Assembly (NCBI GenBank): GCA_002409215.1
Contig: DHUO01000006.1
Span: forward strand, 2,419-38,314
Length of the DNA stretch: 35,896 nt
Direction of reading: 5' to 3'
Source of the DNA: Candidatus Dojkabacteria bacterium UBA5232
GTDB taxonomy: Bacteria > Patescibacteriota > Dojkabacteria > SC72
Every line of letters begins with the position of its first letter. Position 1 is the stretch's first letter. The translations under genes were made by a program, and so were the position numbers. The notes below the pieces were generated by a model. That model saw only the letters and a list, made by a program, of their open reading frames with translations, was not told where the DNA came from and ran no database searches. This document shows positions 23,394 through 30,577 of this stretch, piece after piece.

Positions 23394-25248
23394 TCTTTGT
23401 TTAATCATATTTCCTCTTTTTGTTCACAATGTTCTAGCACAAGATTCTCCATTTAATGTTACTTCATACTTTGTCCATAAGGTAAATGGTTCTAATATCA
23501 ATACAGAATTAACTCTCCACGTGACTACTGAAGCAAGAAGGGTTTTATCTATTTATACAGTATCAATACAGGCACCTAATATAAAAGCAAGTTGTTTTGA
23601 TAGCTCTGGTAATTCTATTAATTGCCAAAGCTACAATAGAACATCAACAACAGATGTCCAAATTGACCTAAGAAATAGTGTTGTTACTCCAGATACCCCC
23701 CTAGAGGTAAAGATAAGATATTCATATAAACTAGCAAACGAAATAGTATACTCATTCCCTTCAAAAGTTTTAGATGCTAAAACTTCAGAAATAAAGATTC
23801 TCTATCCAAAAGAGAAAGGAGAGTTTTCTTGGACTTCGGAAAACATTGCTTCAAAAGAAGAGAGTAGCAATTTTAGAGAAGTACATTTCAAAAATCCTAA
23901 AAAAGACTCTGTTTCAATATTTTTTGAGAAAGAGATTAAATACTCCCTAAGCATAAACAGGCAATTTAACAGCGGAAGTGGACAAGAAGGCTCAACATTC
24001 GAACTTGTCGTGCCTTTGGATGATTCCACCCAAAGCGTTGTTTGGGAAAGTATAGACCCTCTTCCAACCTCTGCCATTCAAGATGAGGATGGAAACTACA
24101 TTTTCAAATATTTAGTTAAAGAAGGAGAAAGCGTTAGTGCAAAACTATCTGGATATATTCTTAAGCAAAAAAGTGAGAGTGAGACAGCTACTGTACAGGA
24201 TTATTTAAGCACTCCCAAAGGATTATGGGAACTAAAGAGTAACACCGAACTTAAAAGAATTGCTAGCTTTATGAAAGAAAAAGGCCTGGATATTAACCCC
24301 TTAATGAGTGATGTTGAAAATCTTAATAAGTCTGAAAGAGAGTTGTTTTACAAACTTCTGTATCAGTACGTTATTCACAGATTAGATTATCCTAAAGATA
24401 TTGTTCTGGGTATAGAGAACAGTACAAGATTGGGAAGCAAGCACATCATGGAAAACGCCCTTACATCAACACAAGCGGATTATGCCGATTTTTATATGGC
24501 ACTTCTAAGAAACTATGCAATTCCTAGTAGATTAATTATTGGCTATGTGTCTAATGTAACTAATTATACTTCAGATGGTTTCTACCACTATTGGGTAGAG
24601 TACTATGACAAAAATAAAGAGGCATGGATTCAGGTAGATCCATTTTCAGAAGAGTATTTCGGACATAATATATTTGGTACCACACTTAATGATCATATTA
24701 CTGTCCTAAAAAGAGGAAAATCTCCTATGGCTCCAACCTTAACTTTCTACTCCCCTACTGACTTTATTGTTCAAATGGATCTTCAAGCTAATGTGCAAAA
24801 GAATATCTCTATTAACTCAGATCTTAACTTCGATGAGTATGATATTACCAAGAAGTATGCAAAAGCATATATCACCACATCTAATACAGGGAATGTTATT
24901 ATTTCCAAGATTGATTTATTAAAATCTAATATAGGTAATCTCAAAAAATATATAGATAGTGTTTACAATTCTTCATCCTCCCTTTTGCTACCTAAACAAA
25001 CAAGCAATATCCAACTTAACATTCCAACCACACAGCTTTCTTTCAAGAATCTCTCTGTCACAGCTCGATATACAAGTAATACTGGAGAGGCAAAAGAATT
25101 AACTCTTTCCGATGAAATACCACAAAACATTCCTCTTTATGCAAGAATGCTTTCAAAAATTCTCTCTCTGGTTTCTTTTGGTATATTACTATTTCTACTT
25201 TATACTATTTATAAATTGATTCAGCGAAGAAAATGGACACAACAGTAA
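23347..25248 (+). CDS. large secreted, C-terminally anchored transglutaminase-like protein (catalytic Cys apparently replaced)
   Basis: Signal peptide (LLAISLCLIIFPLFVHNVLAQ), a transglutaminase-core-like segment QADYADFYMALLRNYAIPSRLIIGYV...FYHYWVEYYDKNKEAWIQVDP and a C-terminal TM helix. It overlaps the previous gene by 47 nt. Confidence 0.55.
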   Translation: MRNLTGYLKKTLLAISLCLIIFPLFVHNVLAQDSPFNVTSYFVHKVNGSNINTELTLHVTTEARRVLSIYTVSIQAPNIKASCFDSSGNSINCQSYNRTSTTDVQIDLRNSVVTPDTPLEVKIRYSYKLANEIVYSFPSKVLDAKTSEIKILYPKEKGEFSWTSENIASKEESSNFREVHFKNPKKDSVSIFFEKEIKYSLSINRQFNSGSGQEGSTFELVVPLDDSTQSVVWESIDPLPTSAIQDEDGNYIFKYLVKEGESVSAKLSGYILKQKSESETATVQDYLSTPKGLWELKSNTELKRIASFMKEKGLDINPLMSDVENLNKSERELFYKLLYQYVIHRLDYPKDIVLGIENSTRLGSKHIMENALTSTQADYADFYMALLRNYAIPSRLIIGYVSNVTNYTSDGFYHYWVEYYDKNKEAWIQVDPFSEEYFGHNIFGTTLNDHITVLKRGKSPMAPTLTFYSPTDFIVQMDLQANVQKNISINSDLNFDEYDITKKYAKAYITTSNTGNVIISKIDLLKSNIGNLKKYIDSVYNSSSSLLLPKQTSNIQLNIPTTQLSFKNLSVTARYTSNTGEAKELTLSDEIPQNIPLYARMLSKILSLVSFGILLFLLYTIYKLIQRRKWTQQ

Positions 25249-25655
25249 TACTAGGAATAACTGTTATGATATTACTTCTCATTATTATTCTTTTTGCTGC
25301 GGTATATCTATCAAGCAAGAGAATTGACGCTACTAAAAGAGCTGAGATTCTTAATAAAGTAGATGAATTAAAAATGGCGACTGGAAGCTTAGAAGGATCT
25401 GTGAGAAGAGATGCTATTGTAAAACTAGATAACTTACTTTCAAAATCTCTTCAACTTAAATATAATAATACCTCTACATGTGGAGATAATTTGAAGAAAG
25501 CAAAAGATTTATTTTCTAGAAAAGATTACGACAATCTATGGAGTGTTCATAAAGTCAGAAATAATATTGTTCACAATGATTATGAAATAAGCGAAGCAGA
25601 AGCCCAAGAAGCATATAGCGTATACAAATCTAATATAATCAAAATATTAAAATGA
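25233..25655 (+). CDS. membrane-tethered protein with HEPN-like Rx4H motif
   Basis: 140 aa with an N-terminal TM helix (VILGITVMILLLIIILFAAVYL) and an all-helical C-terminal domain ending in HKVRNNIVHNDYEIS (R-X4-H, as in HEPN/DUF86/DUF4145 families). Confidence 0.4.
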   Translation: MDTTVILGITVMILLLIIILFAAVYLSSKRIDATKRAEILNKVDELKMATGSLEGSVRRDAIVKLDNLLSKSLQLKYNNTSTCGDNLKKAKDLFSRKDYDNLWSVHKVRNNIVHNDYEISEAEAQEAYSVYKSNIIKILK

Positions 25656-26272
25656 AACTTATCAAATTACAATCTATCCTCCTGTCTGTATTAACTGTTG
25701 CTCTCTTTTTCAGCTCCAAACCGATATATGCACAAGAAAACCTTGTCGATGATTTAATTAAAACTGTTGAGGAAAAAGGAAGTACTCAGACAGATTCATT
25801 AAACCAATATTTTGACATATCTTTAATTCGTGGAGGACAATCTGCATTTACAAAAGGAGTGGCTTATACAGTGAAAATTACACCTTATATGGATAGTCCT
25901 AGGACACAAATCCAATGGAGTCACCCTACTGCATTGAAAATATCTACAAGACATAAGGAATTCTTAGCAATGCAAAAAGGTGTTACATATACTCTTAAAG
26001 CCACCGTATCCCCTCAGAGAGGTGGTACTTACCCTGTCGCCGTATCTGCAGTATCATGGCAACACGACACCAACTACATTAATACAGCTAGGGACAATAT
26101 TACATTTGACAAGGGACTTATATTACAACCTGTAAGTCAATCATATGTTGTTGGTAACATTGCTAAGTTTCTAACAATTTTCTTGCTTGCTGGAGGGATA
26201 ATTTTTGCAGTAATAAAGGTCGTTAAAAAGTACACTCCTAAAGCAAAACAGTGGTTAACACCTCCTGTCTAA
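25652..26272 (+). CDS. secreted protein with C-terminal membrane anchor, unknown family
   Basis: 206 aa with a signal peptide (LLSVLTVALFFSSKPIYAQ) and a C-terminal TM helix (FLTIFLLAGGIIFAVI). The ATGA start overlaps the upstream gene. Confidence 0.45.
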   Translation: MKLIKLQSILLSVLTVALFFSSKPIYAQENLVDDLIKTVEEKGSTQTDSLNQYFDISLIRGGQSAFTKGVAYTVKITPYMDSPRTQIQWSHPTALKISTRHKEFLAMQKGVTYTLKATVSPQRGGTYPVAVSAVSWQHDTNYINTARDNITFDKGLILQPVSQSYVVGNIAKFLTIFLLAGGIIFAVIKVVKKYTPKAKQWLTPPV

Positions 26273-26472
26273 TCAGATAGGAAGTATGCAATATCTTTTC
26301 CTAACTCTTTGGAAATCATTAAAAGATTACTTATTGGAGGATATGCTTTACCATTCTCATAAATACTAATCGATTTGTCTGACAATCCAACTCTTGTTGC
26401 CAATTCTCTTTGGGTTAGCTTTTTCTCCAACCTGGCCTTTTTTAATCTCTCTGAAAATATCTTTATTGTCAT
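26269..26472 (-). CDS. XRE-family helix-turn-helix transcriptional regulator
   Basis: 67 aa. LKKARLEKKLTQRELATRVGLSDKSISIYENGKAYP is a classic Cro/C1-type HTH. Confidence 0.8.
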   Translation of the reverse strand: MTIKIFSERLKKARLEKKLTQRELATRVGLSDKSISIYENGKAYPPISNLLMISKELGKDIAYFLSD

Positions 26473-27030
26473 TTATCTAAAAAACAAATCAATTATTTTA
26501 TCAAACCATGATTCTTCTTTTGAAGAGTTCTTAGCATACTCTCTTTGGTCGTGTTTTGAATAATGTGATGTGGATTCTTCAAGTATTCTTTTGTCCGAAA
26601 TATATGGTTTATCTTTATTCTTGCGAAGCTCTACTATCATATTGTTTTTTTCCGAAAGAAGCCTGCTTAAATCCTCAAACTCTTGCACACGACTCTCATG
26701 CTCAGATTTTAATTTAAGGATTGTAGATTTCTGCTCTCTGTTTTCCTTTATTAAATCTGGATACTTCTTTGCCTTTGAAACTAAATCTTTATGTTCTTGC
26801 CCTGAGAGTAGCTTAAGAATGATATCACCCTTCTCCATTCTACTAATTCTGTAATATGCGGACTCTCTTGTCGATGGTTTTCTACCTAAAACCAACTTAA
26901 AAATCTTCTCTGTATTCTTATCCATCTCTAACATACCTTCAAAAGAAGATCTTCTTGGAGCAGCTCCGCCTTTTGAGTAGTTATCTGTACTATCTCCTTT
27001 GTCCCAAAGAGGTACATCTGCGTTTTTCAT
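26473..27030 (-). CDS. hypothetical coiled-coil protein (DUF4214-like segment)
   Basis: 185 aa. FKLVLGRKPSTRESAYY resembles the DUF4214 LGR.P...G..YW motif, and the central part is a charged coiled coil. Its stop abuts the XRE start codon. Confidence 0.45.
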   Translation of the reverse strand: MKNADVPLWDKGDSTDNYSKGGAAPRRSSFEGMLEMDKNTEKIFKLVLGRKPSTRESAYYRISRMEKGDIILKLLSGQEHKDLVSKAKKYPDLIKENREQKSTILKLKSEHESRVQEFEDLSRLLSEKNNMIVELRKNKDKPYISDKRILEESTSHYSKHDQREYAKNSSKEESWFDKIIDLFFR

Positions 27031-27035
27031 AGCCG

Positions 27036-27041
27036 ATTATA
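27036..27041 (-). promoter_or_regulatory. -10 box TATAAT 5 nt upstream of ATG 27030
   Basis: The minus strand reads TATAAT-cggct-ATG. Confidence 0.4.
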
Positions 27042-27081
27042 TTATATATTGTGGATAATTAGTAGCATGTAGGATTACATA

Positions 27082-27154
27082 AGCAGGGGACGGGACTCGA
27101 ACCCGCAACCCTCTGTTTGGAAAACAGATATTCTAACCATTGAACTACCCCTGC
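27082..27154 (-). tRNA. tRNA-Gly (anticodon UCC)
   Basis: The reverse complement folds: acceptor GCAGGGG/CCCCTGC, anticodon stem TCTGT/ACAGA with loop TTTCCAA, T-arm GCGGG-TTCGAGT-CCCGT. It lies 5 nt downstream of the rplS stop. CCA is not encoded. Confidence 0.9.
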
Positions 27155-27159
27155 AGTAG

Positions 27160-27645
27160 TTACTTCTCTTCTTCTTTAGACTCTTCTTTCTTCTCGACTT
27201 CCTCTACAACTTCTACATCTTCTACAACAGCCTCCTCTACTGTTTCTGCTTCTCCCTCTTCTGGTACAACAACTTCTTCTTCGTCTGTCAAATATATATC
27301 CTTAAGTTTATTAACCTTCAAAGCCCTCCTACCAACTCTCTCTCTTAAGTAAAATAGTTTTGCTCTTCTAACAGATCCTCTTTTGATAATTTCTATTTTT
27401 TGTAGCGCAGGTGCATGTAATGGAACTATCTTCTCAACACCTACACCGTAAGAGATTTTTCTTACAACAATATTCTTACTTAATCCAGACCCCTTAATTG
27501 CGATTACAACGCCCTGGAATATCTGTGTTCTCTCCTTACTTCCCTCCTTAATCCTTAGAGATAACTTAACCGTATCTCCAACCTTTACATCAGGTCTTTT
27601 TTTGTAAGAAGCTTCTTCTATTTTCTTCAATATATTGTTATCCAT
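27160..27645 (-). CDS. rplS: 50S ribosomal protein L19 with ~45-aa acidic C-terminal extension
   Basis: L19 core (VGDTVKLSLRIKEGSKERTQIFQGVVIAIKGSGLSKNIVVRKISYGVGVEKIVPLHAP...IEIIKRGSVRRAKLFYLRERVG) followed by DEEEVVVPEEGEAETVEEAVVEDVEVVEEVEKKEESKEEEK. Confidence 0.9.
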   Translation of the reverse strand: MDNNILKKIEEASYKKRPDVKVGDTVKLSLRIKEGSKERTQIFQGVVIAIKGSGLSKNIVVRKISYGVGVEKIVPLHAPALQKIEIIKRGSVRRAKLFYLRERVGRRALKVNKLKDIYLTDEEEVVVPEEGEAETVEEAVVEDVEVVEEVEKKEESKEEEK

Positions 27646-27697
27646 ATCTGTATATTTATAGTTAATTTGAAATCTCAGCTCTGATTATAGAATAAAA

Positions 27698-27726
27698 TTG
27701 AAAAATATGCCAGAATGTATTAATAA
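27698..27726 (+). promoter_or_regulatory. candidate gpmI promoter, -10 ends 6 nt before the ATG
   Basis: TTGAAA (27698-27703), a 17-nt spacer, TAATAA (27721-27726), then ctgcct-ATG (27733). Confidence 0.4.
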
Positions 27727-27732
27727 CTGCCT

Positions 27733-29262
27733 ATGAATACAAGACAGAAAGTATTATTAATAATATTAGATGGGTTAGGTGCTGCACCTAAAAACAACGG
27801 TAATGCGGTGGTTTTAGCACAACCCGAATCTTTAATTTCATACTGGTCATCATCAGCAAGAACATATTTAATTGCATCTGGAGAAGCTGTTGGTTTACCA
27901 AAAAATGTGAAAGGAAACAGTGAAGTTGGTCATTTGAATATAGGGTCTGGTAGAACTGTATATCAGAGTCTACCTAGAATTAACAATGCCATAGCGAAAG
28001 GCCAGTTAGCACAAAACAATACCCTGCGAGAGGCGTTTGCACACGCATACAAGTATGGTGGGAATATTCATTTAATAGGATTGTTAAGTGATGGTGGTGT
28101 GCATTCACATATAGATCATTTTAAGGCTGTTGTAGGCTACTTTTCAGATGCAAACTTCTCCAACAATTTATACATCCATGCATTTACCGATGGAAGAGAC
28201 ACCCCACCAAGCTCAGCTCTAACCTATCTCTCACAGATAGATAGGTATTGTCTAGACAGGGGGATAGGTAAAATTGCAACAATAATTGGAAGATATTACG
28301 GTATGGACAGGAATAACAAGTGGGACAGAACAGAGCTAGCATATGATTTGTTAGTTAAAGGTATTGGAGCTGAGTATCCAACATATCAAAATGCACTGGA
28401 GCATAACTACTCCCAAAATATTACAGATGAATTTATAGAACCTGCTGTGATAAATAAGTGTAAAATAGCACCAAATGATGCCGTTATATTAATGAACTAC
28501 CGAGCTGACAGAATACTTCAACTTACAGAAGCATTAATTTCTGATGATTTCTCTAACTTCCACAGAGAGAAGATTGAAAATCTCTATGTGGCAGGAATGG
28601 TCGAGTATCGAAAAAATTTCCCCCAGAAGGTTATATTCCCTAAACAATACATTAACCTAACATTAGGTAATGTAATAGACACAGAGGGGAAAACACAATT
28701 ACGTATTGCAGAAACAGAGAAGTTTCCTCATGTTACATACTTTTTTAATGGTGGAACATCTGTGATATATAATAATGAGGATAGGATAATCATTCCTTCC
28801 CCTAAAGTTGCTACATATGACCAAAAACCAGAGATGAGTGCTTTAGAAATCACTACTATTCTTTTAGATAGAATTAGTCGCAATATATATGATTTCATTG
28901 TTGTCAACTTTGCAAATACTGATATGGTTGGGCACACAGGTAATCTTGAAGCAGGTATAAAGGCTGTGAAGGTTGTTGATTACTGTGTAAGACAGCTTGT
29001 TCAGGAGTTTACGTTAAGAGGAGGCGCTGTCATTATCACTTCTGATCACGGTAATGTAGAGGAAATGATTAATCTTGATACAACAGAGGTAGATACAGAG
29101 CATTCCCTAAACCCCGTACCTCTTATCATCATTGATGGCAAGACACCATCTAAGACACTCCCTTACGGCTCTCTAAAAGATATAGCTCCAACTATACTCG
29201 ATTTGATGGGAATCTCTAAGCCTTCTGATATGACTGGTCAATCACTCCTTCGAACTATTTAA
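27733..29262 (+). CDS. gpmI: 2,3-bisphosphoglycerate-independent phosphoglycerate mutase
   Basis: 509 aa with LIILDGLGAAP, NSEVGHLNIGSGR, GGVHSH, FTDGRDT, ANTDMVGHTG and TSDHGN, the full iPGM motif set. Confidence 0.9.
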   Translation: MNTRQKVLLIILDGLGAAPKNNGNAVVLAQPESLISYWSSSARTYLIASGEAVGLPKNVKGNSEVGHLNIGSGRTVYQSLPRINNAIAKGQLAQNNTLREAFAHAYKYGGNIHLIGLLSDGGVHSHIDHFKAVVGYFSDANFSNNLYIHAFTDGRDTPPSSALTYLSQIDRYCLDRGIGKIATIIGRYYGMDRNNKWDRTELAYDLLVKGIGAEYPTYQNALEHNYSQNITDEFIEPAVINKCKIAPNDAVILMNYRADRILQLTEALISDDFSNFHREKIENLYVAGMVEYRKNFPQKVIFPKQYINLTLGNVIDTEGKTQLRIAETEKFPHVTYFFNGGTSVIYNNEDRIIIPSPKVATYDQKPEMSALEITTILLDRISRNIYDFIVVNFANTDMVGHTGNLEAGIKAVKVVDYCVRQLVQEFTLRGGAVIITSDHGNVEEMINLDTTEVDTEHSLNPVPLIIIDGKTPSKTLPYGSLKDIAPTILDLMGISKPSDMTGQSLLRTI

Positions 29263-29896
29263 CCTTTTCCTCCACCTTTCTCTCTTTAACAATATTGTAA
29301 ATACCTCTAGCAACATAGAGGATAAAAAGTATAACAAGAATAACCATTATAACTTTCTCATACTTACTAACATACCCTGCAACCTCTTCCCATTTTGAAC
29401 CTAAGAAGTAACCTGCCATCCCTAATATTGCCGACCATATTGCTGTACCAACAAGTGTATATAATGAAAAGACAATAAATTTCATCTTCGCAACACCTGC
29501 TGGAAATGATATTACCGTTCTAACAACAGGAATAAGCCTACCAAGCAGAACAATACCATTACCATGCTTTTCAAAAGCTTTGAAACCCTTATCAAGATCA
29601 CTTTTTGATATAAACAGATATTTACCGTACTTTTCTAGAAATGTCATCACAGACCTCTCTCCCCACCTACCCACAAGATAGAAAGGAAGAGAACCTAAAT
29701 AGGCAGCAATTGTTGCAACTAATATTGTAACAACTATATTCAAATCTCCTCTTGAGGCTACAAAACCAGAAAACGGGAGTATTATTTCACTAGGAATAGG
29801 TGCAAAGAAACTCTCTAAAAACATTGCAAGACCAACGCCCCAATATCCTGCGGAACCTATTAAATTTACAAGCCACTCTATTAATCCTGTAAGCAT
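29255..29896 (-). CDS. DedA-family membrane protein
   Basis: 213 aa. GYWGVGLAMFLESFFAPIPSEIILPFSGF is the DedA/SNARE-associated signature, and the protein has multiple TM helices. Confidence 0.8.
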   Translation of the reverse strand: MLTGLIEWLVNLIGSAGYWGVGLAMFLESFFAPIPSEIILPFSGFVASRGDLNIVVTILVATIAAYLGSLPFYLVGRWGERSVMTFLEKYGKYLFISKSDLDKGFKAFEKHGNGIVLLGRLIPVVRTVISFPAGVAKMKFIVFSLYTLVGTAIWSAILGMAGYFLGSKWEEVAGYVSKYEKVIMVILVILFILYVARGIYNIVKERKVEEKVK

Positions 29897-29939
29897 GAGA
29901 ACAATTATATATGAAATTAGATATTATGTTTAATTATCT

Positions 29940-30473
29940 TTAATCAGCTTCTGTGAAATACGTTTTAATACTATGCCCTACCTTAATTCCATGATTACTA
30001 GCAAAGTTTGCATTAACCTCCAAAACATTCCTATACGGTGAAGATGGGGATATTGATGGACAGTACTTCTCTGTACACGGTTCATTATTATCTTTAATAT
30101 CGACAATGAACCCAGAAGAATCAACAAAGATAATATCAAGAGGAATTAAACAATCTTTCATCCAAAAAGAATTACTGACATCCTCCTCAAACATAAACCA
30201 CATTCCATCATAACTACCCAAATACTTTCTATTTGACAAACCTAACCTTCTCTCTGTTTCTGTTTTAGCCAATTCAACATTTACAGTTAAATTCTCTCCT
30301 TCATCTGTATATATTTCAACATAATCCTTCCTGTCGCTTTTTTGTTCAAGTTTTTCCTCTTTTTGAGGTTCATTATCTGTTACTGTTATGTTAAGAAAGT
30401 TAAAGTGATTCTGTAAGTATATGAATGCAGAAGCAATCAGTACTAATATTATTAAAAATTTGAGTTGTCGCAT
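29940..30473 (-). CDS. DUF192-domain protein with signal/anchor
   Basis: 177 aa. RRLGLSNRKYL...GMWFMF......FWMKDCLIPLDIIFVD matches the DUF192 pattern. Confidence 0.7.
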   Translation of the reverse strand: MRQLKFLIILVLIASAFIYLQNHFNFLNITVTDNEPQKEEKLEQKSDRKDYVEIYTDEGENLTVNVELAKTETERRLGLSNRKYLGSYDGMWFMFEEDVSNSFWMKDCLIPLDIIFVDSSGFIVDIKDNNEPCTEKYCPSISPSSPYRNVLEVNANFASNHGIKVGHSIKTYFTEAD

Positions 30474-30520
30474 AATTAAATATACTACAATTAAACAAAT
30501 ATCGGTAGCTAGTCATGAAA

Positions 30521-30549
30521 TTGTAGAAATGTTGGAAATATGGTATAAT
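30521..30549 (+). promoter_or_regulatory. candidate promoter of the helD-like operon
   Basis: TTGTAG (30521-30526), a 17-nt spacer ending in TGG, then TATAAT (30544-30549), giving an extended -10. It lies 28 nt upstream of ATG 30578. Confidence 0.45.
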
Positions 30550-30577
30550 TTATATTGATAACTTCTACTTTTTCAAT

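Noticed and set aside
27140-27352. The Ser/Thr-rich 70-aa plus-strand ORF.
   Set aside because: It is the antisense shadow of the GAA/GAG-rich acidic tail of rplS and runs across the tRNA-Gly gene.
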